A stretch of DNA of 64,000 nucleotides from Bacillota bacterium (lineage in GTDB: Bacteria > Bacillota > JAAYKD01), in NCBI GenBank assembly GCA_963666425.2, contig OY762825.2:2528001-2592000 (forward strand), read 5' to 3'. How positions within the stretch are numbered: the first letter of the stretch is position 1; the number at the start of each line of letters is the position of its first letter. Below the pieces are notes generated by a model. The model saw nothing but the letters and a program-made list of their open reading frames with translations. It did not search any database and was not told where the DNA came from. Below are positions 18,861 to 29,760 of this stretch, piece by piece. The position numbers and the translations under genes are program-made.

Positions 18861-20681
18861 GGGGCTGTAGCAAAATGAAAAATTGCTACAGTCTCTTTTT
18901 GATGCTCCAGTATCATTTTTCACAAACGAAAAACAAGCTAATACGAAAAACAGCAGACAGAAATATAAAGGTCAGATAAAATCTCACCCAAATACAGGAA
19001 ATATTCTGATTTTTACTATTGTTAAGCCGTAAGTTTTTTAAACAATTGTCTGCCGGTGCGATTTTGTTGAATCTTGTTGTGTAATTTGTTGATGTTGTAG
19101 CCCATTGCCACCAAAAGAATCTCTGCCAAAACCTTTTTATTGCCGCGGAGCAGGAACTGACGGAAGCCGTAATCCTGCTTGATCACGCCGAAGGCTCCTT
19201 CTGACTGAATGGAACGATTCATCCGCAGCAAGATCCCCTTGGCACTGGTGATCCGCTCCAGTGACTGTTGACGCTGCTCAATGAATTTCTTGGAGACCTG
19301 CAGTTTCCTGTTTCCCTTCGATCGGGTGCATTTCTTTTTATAGGGACACGTTCCGCAATCCTCACATGCGTAGTAGGTGATCTCACTTTCAAAACCAGAC
19401 TTGCTCTTACGTTTGCCTGTATAAACTGCTCTGAGCTTCTTTTCAGCCTGACAGGTGTATTCATCCAGTGTCTTGTCATAGGCCATGTTTTCCCTCAGCG
19501 CCATGTTGCTCTTGTATTTCTTCGTTTTAGACCGCTCATAATTTTGAGGCTTAATGTAACACTGTGTGGTTTTATTTTCAAAAAAGGTGTAATTTTCCTC
19601 GCTCTCATAACCCGCATCCGCTGTGACATCTTCGTAACTTGTCCCCAGATGTGATTCCATATTTTCCAGCAAGGGTATGAGTGTAAGCTGATCGCTGCGC
19701 TCACTGGAAACCTGGACACCTGTAATATATTCACCTTCCACTCCAAGTTGGATGTTATAACCCGGTTTCAATTGCGCGTTACGCATATGATCGTCTTTCA
19801 TATGCATGAAAGTCGCATCCGGATCAATTTTAGAGAAGCTATTCCGCCCTTGGAAGGTCGTTTGATATCCGGCATACTTTTCTTTCCGGCCGAGCAGTTC
19901 CCGAAGCTGCTCGATATCCCTTTGCAACTCGCTTTTTCGCTTGCCCTTGCCGTAGACAAACGGTGCGGTTATCCGGCGCTCGAGGATCTGCAGCAAATCT
20001 TCCGACGTTTCTGCCAGAATACCGTATTTTGCAGACAGCTCAGGCAGCCACTTCGACAGTTTGTCAAGTAGCCTGCTTTCATATTTCGTCGTGCTTTTTT
20101 TCCAGACAAAGCTATACTTGTTCGCATTCGCTTCGAGTTTTGTCCCGTCTACAAACAGATGCTCAAACTTGATTTCACTCAAGTTTGCCAGCTTTTTCAC
20201 CAATTGGTAGAAAAGCTCCTCACCGCATTTTGTCAGCCGTTTACTTCGAAAACGCGCGATTTCGCTGTGGTTAGGTGCTTTTTTTCCATTGAGCAGCCAG
20301 ATGAAATTGATATCTCGCTTACATGCCATGGCGATGGCGCGGCTGGAAAAAATGCCTTGCATACTGGCATATACCATTAGCTTCAGCATGGTAACGGGAT
20401 TTGTTGCCGGGCGACGGCCTGTGCGTTGATATGCTCTCCAAAGCGGGGTCTCATCCATCTCCTCCATTATTTCGTCTAAGAGCCGCACACTGTCATCTGC
20501 AGGAATTATTTTCTCAGCAAAAAATTCGTCAAGTTTTAGTTGCACATTTCTTTTTTTCGTGCCATAATGGACACGGTGTAGTGGTTTTTTCACGATTCAA
20601 TTATACCAAAAAAACAGAGCCTTGTGTCTGCTTTTCGCAGCCACTTGGCTCTGTTTTTTTAGGCTGTTTTGCTACAGCCCC
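18861..20681 (-). mobile_element. IS1182-family insertion sequence
   Basis: Terminal inverted repeats GGGGCTGTAGCAAAA (18861-18875) and TTTTGCTACAGCCCC (20667-20681), extended by flanking AAGGAA/TTCCTT, enclose a single transposase. Confidence 0.88.
19022..20593 (-). CDS. IS1182-family DDE transposase
   Basis: GIFSSRAI, PNHSEIARFR, FVDGTKLEANANKY, SKIDPDATFMHMK, LKPGYNIQ, ADAGYESEENY, RSIQSEGAFG. Confidence 0.93.
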   Translation of the reverse strand: MKKPLHRVHYGTKKRNVQLKLDEFFAEKIIPADDSVRLLDEIMEEMDETPLWRAYQRTGRRPATNPVTMLKLMVYASMQGIFSSRAIAMACKRDINFIWLLNGKKAPNHSEIARFRSKRLTKCGEELFYQLVKKLANLSEIKFEHLFVDGTKLEANANKYSFVWKKSTTKYESRLLDKLSKWLPELSAKYGILAETSEDLLQILERRITAPFVYGKGKRKSELQRDIEQLRELLGRKEKYAGYQTTFQGRNSFSKIDPDATFMHMKDDHMRNAQLKPGYNIQLGVEGEYITGVQVSSERSDQLTLIPLLENMESHLGTSYEDVTADAGYESEENYTFFENKTTQCYIKPQNYERSKTKKYKSNMALRENMAYDKTLDEYTCQAEKKLRAVYTGKRKSKSGFESEITYYACEDCGTCPYKKKCTRSKGNRKLQVSKKFIEQRQQSLERITSAKGILLRMNRSIQSEGAFGVIKQDYGFRQFLLRGNKKVLAEILLVAMGYNINKLHNKIQQNRTGRQLFKKLTA

Positions 20682-21173
20682 TTCCTTTTTTATTCTGCAA
20701 AGGCTGAATACAACAATGATCAGCATTGAATACAAGAGATCAAATCAGCAAGGCAGCGCTGCGGATCATTTTGCTCAGTCATTGATACGGATCGTTGCTC
20801 GGTTGTTATTGATGGTAGACTCAAAGTTGCAATCGATATCTAAAAGATTTAAAAGCGATACAAATTGTCCAATTTAGTTTACTTTTTCAAATTCAACAAA
20901 AAAAAGAGAGTATTTGCCGTTGACGAATGAGAAAATGATAAAAGTTCAAGCGTAATTTTTCTTATAATTAAATATATCTGTAGAAATAGATCTTTACCGC
21001 TTTTAGAAATTACTTATCGTGAAAATACAATTTTTAAAAAAAGAGGAATTTAGTGAATATTACCTAATTATGTTGTGGTTATTCTTTTAGTTGAATATTG
21101 GTGATGTTTCTGAAGTTTTTTTTACGATCGCACCGAATTTTAGGTTGACGCTTGCAGTAAAAGGGGGATTTGT

Positions 21174-23036
21174 ATGGATCAAACGAATGATCAAGTTGTC
21201 CATCTGCGGTATTCACTGAGAAGCAATCTTCTTTTTATCACGAAAGTAATTCGACAGCACCAGCCTCTTGTGATTCCGGCGATTTTTCTACGGGGTCTCC
21301 TGCAAGCCGGGTTGCCTATTCTTACGATTTATCTTACGAAAACAGTGCTTGATTTTTTCTCTTTATCGGAGCGCGTAAATACTGACCTTGTCGGTACTCT
21401 AGCAATGATGATCTTGATTTTATGGCTCGGCCGAACTGCGTCGAATGCTTTAGAAAAATGGCTAGCCATGCACGCCAACCGCAATCGGCATTACTTATTG
21501 CAGAAAATCGAAAACAAGGTTTTCACTATGGATTATGTCAATGTAGAAGATCCGGTTGGTCAACGTGCTCGTCAGCGAGCAATTCGGGCGATCAATTCTG
21601 ATACTTCCGGCGGAGAAGCGATGATCGTTCATTTTGGGGATCTTCTGCAGCACGGTTTTGGATTGGCATTCTTTGCAGCTTTCGTTGCGGTACTGAACGT
21701 TTGGATCTTGCTGGCACTCATTTCTGCATCACTGCTCAGTGTCTGGTTAACGCGGCTGGCTCAGCTTTATGAAGCTCGCCATAAGAGCGAAGAAAGCGTC
21801 ATTGAGCAGCGCTTGAATTACGTCCGCGAATGCGCGGTTCAGTATGAAAGTGCGAAAGACATTCGCTTATTCTCCATGTCCGCATGGTTTGTTGATTCTC
21901 TGCGCAAGAACACAGTGCAGATTGCTCTCTGGAAGCGTCGGATCCTTACCCGCTATTTTCTGGTGGATGCTGCCGGCGATTTGATGAATTTTCTGCGTGA
22001 TGGAGCCGCATATTTTTATCTGATCAATCAAGTCATCCATGGCTTTCTGACCCCTGGGGAGTTCACTTTTTATTTTGCCAGCATTGCAGGTATTTCCAAC
22101 TGGACGAGTCAGATGAACAGAGATCTGACACTGCTCAACAAAGCCAGCCTCGATATTGGTTATCTGCGCAGCTATTTGGATATTCCGGAGCATTCTTCGG
22201 TAACAAATGCTGCGAAGGTTCAATTTAGCAAGAACGTGGTACCTGAAATCCTCTTCGAGAACGTTTCTTACCGCTATCCGGGCGCAGCTGTTTGGACGCT
22301 GCATGACGTCAATCTTCGAATTCGTCCCGGAGAAAAACTGTCGATCGTCGGATTGAACGGGGCAGGCAAGACAACCCTAGTCAAACTGCTCTGTGGTCTT
22401 TATCAACCGACTGAAGGAAGAATTTTGCTTGATCATCTGGACATCTCCTCATTCAATCGTGAGGAATATTATCGCCTTTTTTCTGTTGTCTTTCAAGAAA
22501 TTCGAATTTTAGCGCTCGATGTCCAACAAAATATCGCTCTTTGTCTAAAGGAAGACATGGATCGTGCGCGCATAGAGCGAGTTATAGAGCAAGTAGGCTT
22601 AACACAAACTATAGCGGCTCTGCCACGTCAAGCAAAGACCCCCTTGACCCGAACATTAGAGCAAGATGGTGTGCTGCTATCGGGTGGGCAAGCGCAAAAA
22701 CTCTTATTGGCGCGCGCTCTCTACAAAGATGCTCCGGTGGTAATTCTCGATGAGCCAACCGCTGCCTTGGATCCCTTGGCCGAAGCCGAGCTTTATCAAG
22801 ACTTCAGTCGACTTGTTGAAGGGAAATCTTCGATTTTCATTTCTCATCGTCTGGCAAGCACTCGATTTTGTGACCGGATCGCCTTGCTGAAAGATGGCCG
22901 CATCCATGAACTTGGCAGTCATCAGGAATTGTTGGATCTTGGGGGAGAATATGCTCATATTTTCGAGGTTCAAGCTCGTTATTATCGCGAGAACAAAGAG
23001 GTGAGTGATTTTGATAAAAACGAAAGCAAACATTAG
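21174..23036 (+). CDS. ABC exporter, fused permease/ATPase (subunit 1)
   Basis: N-terminal TM region; GLNGAGKTT, LSGGQ, ILDEPT, ISHRL. Confidence 0.9.
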   Translation: MDQTNDQVVHLRYSLRSNLLFITKVIRQHQPLVIPAIFLRGLLQAGLPILTIYLTKTVLDFFSLSERVNTDLVGTLAMMILILWLGRTASNALEKWLAMHANRNRHYLLQKIENKVFTMDYVNVEDPVGQRARQRAIRAINSDTSGGEAMIVHFGDLLQHGFGLAFFAAFVAVLNVWILLALISASLLSVWLTRLAQLYEARHKSEESVIEQRLNYVRECAVQYESAKDIRLFSMSAWFVDSLRKNTVQIALWKRRILTRYFLVDAAGDLMNFLRDGAAYFYLINQVIHGFLTPGEFTFYFASIAGISNWTSQMNRDLTLLNKASLDIGYLRSYLDIPEHSSVTNAAKVQFSKNVVPEILFENVSYRYPGAAVWTLHDVNLRIRPGEKLSIVGLNGAGKTTLVKLLCGLYQPTEGRILLDHLDISSFNREEYYRLFSVVFQEIRILALDVQQNIALCLKEDMDRARIERVIEQVGLTQTIAALPRQAKTPLTRTLEQDGVLLSGGQAQKLLLARALYKDAPVVILDEPTAALDPLAEAELYQDFSRLVEGKSSIFISHRLASTRFCDRIALLKDGRIHELGSHQELLDLGGEYAHIFEVQARYYRENKEVSDFDKNESKH

Positions 23037-24882
23037 GCAGATCATAGCGGATGATTGGCGGATGATTCGCTTCAGCTTGAGATGTGTGAATCAATACGAT
23101 AGAAGGGCAATCCCTGCAATGTTAGCGCTGGCGATCGTGGAAATTGTAACGCCATTGATCAATTTATTCTTTACTGCGAAAATTCTCGATGCCTTGTTGG
23201 ATGCAGAGCAAAGAAAGTATATCTTTTCTTTGGCTATCTTGACGGTTTTCATAAATCTGGTCTGTGTCCTGCTGCGTCATGGATTGGACCAGATGCGAAC
23301 CTATTTCAGAGCAAAAATTGCGCAGGAATCAGATAATACTGTTGCTGAAAAGTTCACCTCAATCAGTTACGAACTCATGGAAAATCCGCAAACGAGAGGG
23401 AATTATGTCAAGTACCATAATTATGATATGTGGTATGGCGGCGTATTTATGGTGGTGGAACATTTTTTTACGATGGTGCAAGAGGGTGGAGGACTGCTGG
23501 TTTCCGGCGGCTTGATCCTGAGGCTGTTCAGTTTAGCAGCGGTGGGAGGTAGAGGGGGATTGCTCGGATTTTTCGATTCACCCTTTGCTTCAATGCTTTT
23601 ACTTGCTGTCTTTTTTACGAGCATTGTGATCAATTTTCGAGCCGACGCAGATTCCGCAAGCGCAGGACTCGCTTATGAAAAAAGTATGGAGAGCAAAAAC
23701 CGCAAATTTTCCTACTATGCTTTCGAGCTGCCCAATGATTACCATTTTGGTAAAGATATCCGATTATATCATATTGCCGAATTGCTTAATGACGAACTCG
23801 ACACTTTTTTTCAAGCTTCGCATCTTCAACGGGCAGGTTACACGCAAAATGTGATAAAAAATGATTCCTTCAGCATAGCTGCCACAACTTTTTCCATTGG
23901 TTTTTCTTACATTTTTATCGTGATGAAGGCAATTTTGGGGACAATTACCACGGGTGCTATCGTGATGTATATGGGTATTGCTGCAAATTTTAGCTCGGGC
24001 ATCAGCAGATTCAACGCGGTTATCTCAGAACTCCATTTATGCAGCCAGATGATTCTGCCATTTCGCAATATCATAAATCTAAGCTCCCCAACAGAGCAAG
24101 GTTGTCTGCCTTTACAGAAAAGCACAGAAGCTCAATATGAAGTTGAATTCCGGCATGTGATTTTTCGTTACCCCGGTGCAGATACACCTGTTCTGAAAGA
24201 TATTTCTTTCAAAATTGCGAAAGGCCAACACCTGGCGGTGGTTGGCTTAAATGGATCGGGAAAAACAACGATGATCAAGCTGCTATGTAGATTATATGAT
24301 CCGAATGAAGGGGAGATTCTCATCAACGGCAGGGATATTCGTTCTTACAATTTACAGGATTATCTCGCTCTGTTGGCCGTGGTTTTTCAGGATTTTCAAT
24401 TGTTTTCCTTCTCTGTAGGGCAAAATGTTGCCGTCGATCGGAATTATGATCCCAAACGCGTATGGCAGTGTCTTGCTCAAGCGGGAATTGAAGAGCGTGT
24501 GCGCAGCATGCCTCACGGTTTAGAGACGATTCTCTATTCGTTTCTCGATGCCGGGGGCATTGAAATATCGGGAGGAGAAGCGCAAAAACTAGCGATTGCT
24601 CGTGCTCTTTACAAGGACGCACCCATCATTATTCTGGATGAACCCACCGCTTCACTTGATCCGCTTAGCGAGAATGAGATCTATACTCACCTAAACGAAA
24701 TGATTACCGGTAAAACCGCTGTTTTTATCTCTCATCGCCTTTCCAGCTGCCGCTTCTGTGATGAAATACTCGTGGTTGATGAGGGGAGAATTGCACAACG
24801 AGGCAGCCACGACGCTCTTCTGGCAGAAGAATCAGGACTCTATTTTAAAATGTGGCAGACACAAGCGAGTTATTATAAGTAA
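23005..24882 (+). CDS. ABC exporter, fused permease/ATPase (subunit 2)
   Basis: TM region; GLNGSGKTT, ISGGE, ILDEPT, ISHRL; overlaps subunit 1. Confidence 0.9.
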   Translation: MILIKTKANIRQIIADDWRMIRFSLRCVNQYDRRAIPAMLALAIVEIVTPLINLFFTAKILDALLDAEQRKYIFSLAILTVFINLVCVLLRHGLDQMRTYFRAKIAQESDNTVAEKFTSISYELMENPQTRGNYVKYHNYDMWYGGVFMVVEHFFTMVQEGGGLLVSGGLILRLFSLAAVGGRGGLLGFFDSPFASMLLLAVFFTSIVINFRADADSASAGLAYEKSMESKNRKFSYYAFELPNDYHFGKDIRLYHIAELLNDELDTFFQASHLQRAGYTQNVIKNDSFSIAATTFSIGFSYIFIVMKAILGTITTGAIVMYMGIAANFSSGISRFNAVISELHLCSQMILPFRNIINLSSPTEQGCLPLQKSTEAQYEVEFRHVIFRYPGADTPVLKDISFKIAKGQHLAVVGLNGSGKTTMIKLLCRLYDPNEGEILINGRDIRSYNLQDYLALLAVVFQDFQLFSFSVGQNVAVDRNYDPKRVWQCLAQAGIEERVRSMPHGLETILYSFLDAGGIEISGGEAQKLAIARALYKDAPIIILDEPTASLDPLSENEIYTHLNEMITGKTAVFISHRLSSCRFCDEILVVDEGRIAQRGSHDALLAEESGLYFKMWQTQASYYK

Positions 24883-25180
24883 TAGATAATATTATTAAAG
24901 CGCTTACAGATACCGGAGCTGCGCTGCGAAACTTTTGTTGGAATAACTGTAACCAAATAAACAACACCCATGTGGTAAAACATGCTTATTACTTTCCCAT
25001 CCTCTGATGATTTATTAGTATGGGGAGGGGATGATTTGATTGCTTATGCATAACACAAAAATGCAGCAGGATTCAATTCCTGTTGCTTTTTTATTTTGCT
25101 TTCTTAGCTTACGATGTAATTTAGAGAATTCGTAGCCTGGAAAACTTTTTCGCAAGATGCTGCCTTTGAAATACAGAAAA

Positions 25181-25245
25181 TTTATGTTTTCTTAACGTAT
25201 TTCTCTGATCCCTTAATCCCGTCTTAATCGCTTCATCGCTATAAT
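25181..25245 (+). promoter_or_regulatory. Putative kdp promoter with a T-rich KdpE-box-like element
   Basis: TTTATGTTTTCTTAAC upstream of TATAAT (25240-25245), with no consensus -35, as expected for an activator-dependent promoter. Confidence 0.4.
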
Positions 25246-25301
25246 GAGGTACAGATTGGAAACCGAAATATCAGTCCGATCAATCCAAAGGAGTGAGCAG
25301 T

Positions 25302-25391
25302 ATGGGAGTCGTTTTGGCAGTTTCGTCGGTCATCGCGTTGTCCTTGTTTATTTATTTATTTTATGTTTTGTTCAGAGGTGAAAATCTATGA
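25302..25391 (+). CDS. kdpF: K+-transporting ATPase subunit F
   Basis: [38 protein letters not shown] (29 aa, YL.Y.L...E motif); overlaps the kdpA start (ATGA). Confidence 0.85.
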   Translation: MGVVLAVSSVIALSLFIYLFYVLFRGENL

Positions 25392-27082
25392 AGCAAATTT
25401 TGACTGAGGATATCTTTTTTTTGTTGGTATTGATTGGTTTGTCAATTCCACTTGGGATTTATATTTCTAAAGTAATGACAGGACAGAGGACGTTTTTAAC
25501 ACGCTTGTTATATCCTGTCGAACACGGTGTTTACAGGATTATGGGAATCCAAAACGAAGAGGAGATGACACCGAAGCAATACGCCCTCTCTATGCTGACT
25601 TTTAGTGCGTTCGGATTTGTCTTTTTATTTGCCATCCAATTGCTGCAAAAATACCTGCCGCTCAATCCTGAACATGTCGGGAACGTCGGTTGGGATCTTG
25701 CCTTCAATACAACTGCAAGTTTCGTATCCAATACAAACTGGCAGGCTTATGCAGGCGAGTCTGCTTTATCTTACCTGACGCAGAGTTTTGGGCTGACCGT
25801 ACAGAATTTTCTGTCAGCTGGTGTCGGCATTGCAGTTATGTTTGCACTGATCAGAGGATTCATAGCAAAACAGCGAATAAAAATAGGCAATTTTTGGGTG
25901 GATATGATCAGGGTTACACTCTGTGTGCTGATTCCCTTATCATTGGCATTGGCTATTGCCCTCGTATCGCAGGGAGTTGTTCAAACACTGAATCCCTATA
26001 TTCAAACAGCCATGCTTGAGACTGGAACTACACAGGTTATACCACTGGGGCCGGCGGCAAGCCAAATTGCTATCAAGCAACTCGGTACCAACGGAGGCGG
26101 ATTTTTCGGAGCGAATTCGGCTTATCCATTAGAAAATCCAACAACTTTTTCTAATTTCCTTGAGCTTCTTGCCATCCTGTTAATACCGGCTGCCTTATGT
26201 GTAAGTTTCGGAAAAGCGGTGAAAGACTCGAAGCAGGGCAGGACAATCTATGTTGTTATGCTGATTTTTTTCATCATCTCTACTGTAGTTGTAACAGCAA
26301 GCGAACTTTATACAGCACCGGTCTATCAAGGCGTCACAGCAACCGGCAGTATGGAGGGTAAGGAGATCATTCATGGTATTGGTACGTCGGCGCTTTGGGG
26401 TACTGCGACAACTGCTGCCTCAAATGGCTCAGTAAATGCCATGCACGATAGCTTTACTCCTCTCAGTGGAATGGTTCTCATGTTCCTGATGCAGATCGGT
26501 GAGGTTGTTTTTGGAGGCGTTGGGAGCGGACTATATGGCATGCTGGCGTTTGTCATTCTGACGGTTTTCATCGCGGGACTCATGGTAGGGAGAACGCCGG
26601 AATATCTTGGTAAAAAAATAGAACCTTTTGATATGAAAATGGTTTGTATTATTGTGCTCTTTCCCCCGTTGTTAACGCTTTTCGGGGTCACTTTAGCGGT
26701 TAAAATGCCAGAAGTCACGTCATGGCTTACCAATTCGGGAGCGCACGGATTTTCCGAGATTCTTTATGCCTTTACATCGATGGGTAATAACAACGGCAGC
26801 GCGTTTGCAGGGTATGCGGCAAATACTGTCTTTACTAATGTGATAGGCGGAATCATTATGCTGATCGTACGTTTTGTGCCGATGATTGCCACGATTTATC
26901 TTGCTGGTAATCTGGCCAGGAAAAAGCTGGTCGCTGCTGGTGAGGGGACGCTTTCGACGAGCAATACGATGTTTGCTGGCCTTCTGATCGCTATTATTTT
27001 AATTATCGGTGCGCTAACCTTTTTGCCCGCATTGGCATTGGGGCCGCTGGCCGATTATTTTACAACACTAGGTTTGAGGTGA
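25388..27082 (+). CDS. kdpA: K+-transporting ATPase subunit A
   Basis: [55 protein letters not shown]. Confidence 0.97.
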   Translation: MKQILTEDIFFLLVLIGLSIPLGIYISKVMTGQRTFLTRLLYPVEHGVYRIMGIQNEEEMTPKQYALSMLTFSAFGFVFLFAIQLLQKYLPLNPEHVGNVGWDLAFNTTASFVSNTNWQAYAGESALSYLTQSFGLTVQNFLSAGVGIAVMFALIRGFIAKQRIKIGNFWVDMIRVTLCVLIPLSLALAIALVSQGVVQTLNPYIQTAMLETGTTQVIPLGPAASQIAIKQLGTNGGGFFGANSAYPLENPTTFSNFLELLAILLIPAALCVSFGKAVKDSKQGRTIYVVMLIFFIISTVVVTASELYTAPVYQGVTATGSMEGKEIIHGIGTSALWGTATTAASNGSVNAMHDSFTPLSGMVLMFLMQIGEVVFGGVGSGLYGMLAFVILTVFIAGLMVGRTPEYLGKKIEPFDMKMVCIIVLFPPLLTLFGVTLAVKMPEVTSWLTNSGAHGFSEILYAFTSMGNNNGSAFAGYAANTVFTNVIGGIIMLIVRFVPMIATIYLAGNLARKKLVAAGEGTLSTSNTMFAGLLIAIILIIGALTFLPALALGPLADYFTTLGLR

Positions 27083-27087
27083 GCTAA

Positions 27088-29145
27088 TTGAATAAAAAAA
27101 ATCCACAAACAAAAATATACATTGACGCTGTCAAACAAGCCCTTAAGAAGCTTTCACCCAAGGTTCAGATCAAAAATCCGGTCATGTTCGTTGTTTATGT
27201 CGGTGCGATCCTTACCTCGGCACTTTGGCTGCTTTCCTTTGTGGAAATCAGGGATGAAAACGCTGGGTACACCTTCACGATTGCAATGATCCTATGGTTT
27301 ACAGTGCTGTTTGCCAACTTTGCGGAAGCCATTGCCGAAGGCAGAGGCCGCGCTCAGGCGGATACGCTGAGGAAATCACGCAAGGACGTAAAGACTAGAA
27401 AATTGAAATCCGCAGACAGCATCGACGAGTATGATGAGGTACTTTCCAATACCCTAAAAAAAGGTGATATTGTCTATGTCGTGGCCGGAGAGCAGGTTCC
27501 AACGGATGGTGAAGTCATCGAAGGAGCCGCGTCAGTGGATGAAAGCGCCATCACCGGCGAATCCGCGCCGGTCATTCGTGAATCGGGAGGTGACAGGAGC
27601 GCTGTTACCGGCAGCACGACGCTGATTTCAGACAGCTTGATCATCCGCATCACCTCCGAACCTGGAGAAAGCTTCCTTGACAAGATGATCGCGATGGTAG
27701 AGGGAGCTTCCCGAAAAAAAACTCCCAATGAAATTGCTTTGCAAATACTTTTGGTCACGCTAACCATCATCTTTCTTGTGGTAACTGTGACATTGCTGCC
27801 ATTTTCTGATTTTGCCAGTAAACAAGCCGGAGCAGGTCATGCCATTTCCATTACAAATGTGATTGCATTACTTGTATGTCTGGCGCCGACAACAATCGGA
27901 GCCTTTCTGTCTTCTATCGGTATCGCAGGGATGAGCAGACTCAATCAAGCTAATGTCTTAGCCATGAGTGGGCGCGCAATTGAGGCGGCAGGAGATGTTG
28001 ATATACTTCTTCTTGACAAGACGGGTACGATCACGCTTGGTAATAGACAAGCAAGTGAGTTTATGTCAGTGAACGGAATTACGGAGCAAGCTCTTGCCGA
28101 TGCGGCACAGTTGTCTTCACTTGCAGATGAGACTCCCGAAGGCAGAAGTATTGTGATCCTGGCAAAGGACCGATTTAACATCAGAGGACGTGACCTGTCC
28201 AAGTTGGACGCTTCTTTCGTGGAATTCACGGCAAAAACGAGGATGAGCGGGATCAATTACCAGAGTAATGAGATTCGCAAGGGAGCTGCGGAAGCCATCA
28301 AAGCATATGTGCTTGAGAAAGGTGGTATTTATCCGGAAGAATGCGAAAATATTGTAAAGCAGATCGCACAGCAAGGTGGAACTCCGCTTGTCGTAGCAAA
28401 AAACGCTGTTGTACTTGGTGTTGTTTATTTAAAAGATATTGTTAAAAAAGGTGTCAAGGAACGATTCAGTGATCTACGGAAAATGGGTATTAAGACGATC
28501 ATGATCACCGGTGACAATCCAATGACGGCTGCGGCAATTGCGGCAGAGGCGGGGGTGGATGATTTTCTCGCCGAGGCCACTCCGGAAGCAAAGTTGAAAC
28601 TCATCCGGGATTACCAGGCTAAAGGTCATCTTGTTGCCATGACCGGAGATGGTACCAATGACGCGCCCGCGTTGGCGCAAGCCGATGTAGCGGTGGCAAT
28701 GAATACTGGGACGCAGGCAGCAAAAGAAGCTGGAAACATGGTCGACCTGGATTCCAACCCGACAAAGCTGATTGATATCGTCCGTATCGGAAAACAGCTG
28801 TTAATGACTAGAGGAGCACTGACCACTTTTAGTGTTGCTAACGATATTGCCAAATACTTTGCGATCCTGCCGGTCATTTTTTTCGGAATCTATCCGCAGC
28901 TCCAAGCTCTTAATTTCATGAAATTGACCAGTGCGACAAGCGCAATCCTTGCTGCCATTATTTACAACGCGCTGATTATCATCGCGCTGATTCCGTTGGC
29001 ACTGAAAGGTGTTAAGTATCGTGAGACATCGGCAGGTAATCTTCTGAAACGAAACCTGCAAATCTATGGATTGGGTGGCATCATAGCCCCTTTTCTGGCG
29101 ATTAAATTGCTTGATATGCTGCTTACTGTATGTGGTATCGTGTGA
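27088..29145 (+). CDS. kdpB: K+-transporting ATPase subunit B
   Basis: [28 protein letters not shown]. Confidence 0.97.
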   Translation: MNKKNPQTKIYIDAVKQALKKLSPKVQIKNPVMFVVYVGAILTSALWLLSFVEIRDENAGYTFTIAMILWFTVLFANFAEAIAEGRGRAQADTLRKSRKDVKTRKLKSADSIDEYDEVLSNTLKKGDIVYVVAGEQVPTDGEVIEGAASVDESAITGESAPVIRESGGDRSAVTGSTTLISDSLIIRITSEPGESFLDKMIAMVEGASRKKTPNEIALQILLVTLTIIFLVVTVTLLPFSDFASKQAGAGHAISITNVIALLVCLAPTTIGAFLSSIGIAGMSRLNQANVLAMSGRAIEAAGDVDILLLDKTGTITLGNRQASEFMSVNGITEQALADAAQLSSLADETPEGRSIVILAKDRFNIRGRDLSKLDASFVEFTAKTRMSGINYQSNEIRKGAAEAIKAYVLEKGGIYPEECENIVKQIAQQGGTPLVVAKNAVVLGVVYLKDIVKKGVKERFSDLRKMGIKTIMITGDNPMTAAAIAAEAGVDDFLAEATPEAKLKLIRDYQAKGHLVAMTGDGTNDAPALAQADVAVAMNTGTQAAKEAGNMVDLDSNPTKLIDIVRIGKQLLMTRGALTTFSVANDIAKYFAILPVIFFGIYPQLQALNFMKLTSATSAILAAIIYNALIIIALIPLALKGVKYRETSAGNLLKRNLQIYGLGGIIAPFLAIKLLDMLLTVCGIV

Positions 29146-29158
29146 GGTGAATGACAAA

Positions 29159-29725
29159 ATGAAAACGACAACGAAATTGCTTCGGCCCGCGTTTTTCAGC
29201 TTTCTTATCTTGACTCTGCTTTGTGGAGTGATTTATCCGGGAATTGTCACGATTGTTGCTCAGGTGTTTTTTCCTGCTCAGGCAAATGGTAGTGTCATAG
29301 CAATTACTTTGCAAGATGGTACTGAAAGATTATACGGCTCTGAACTGATTGCTCAGGTCTTTACAAAAGCGGAGTACTTAATTGGGAGACCATCTGGTAC
29401 TTCAAATTTGTCTCCCGTCAGCGAGAAACAGGAAAAACTGGTAAAAGAGCGAATAGAATGGTGGCATCAATTTGACCCGAACAACATCGCCAACATACCA
29501 ATGGACCTTGTAACAGCTTCCGGCAGCGGAGTTGATCCGAACATTTCACCGGCAGCGGCGGAATATCAAGTTGCCAGGATCGCAAAATCTCGTGGTATCA
29601 GTGAAGAAAAAGTAAGAGAGGTCATCGAGAAATATACGACCGGGAAATTTCTCGGTATCTGGGGTGAAGAAGCAGTCAATGTTCTGAAGGTCAATTTGAC
29701 GCTTGACAGTCTGCTCAAAGAATAA
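29159..29725 (+). CDS. kdpC: K+-transporting ATPase subunit C
   Basis: QANGS, GSELIAQ.F, DLVTASGSGVDPNIS, VNVLKVN. Confidence 0.95.
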   Translation: MKTTTKLLRPAFFSFLILTLLCGVIYPGIVTIVAQVFFPAQANGSVIAITLQDGTERLYGSELIAQVFTKAEYLIGRPSGTSNLSPVSEKQEKLVKERIEWWHQFDPNNIANIPMDLVTASGSGVDPNISPAAAEYQVARIAKSRGISEEKVREVIEKYTTGKFLGIWGEEAVNVLKVNLTLDSLLKE

Positions 29726-29760
29726 TCAAATTATAATCTCAAAGCATTGAGGTGAATATC

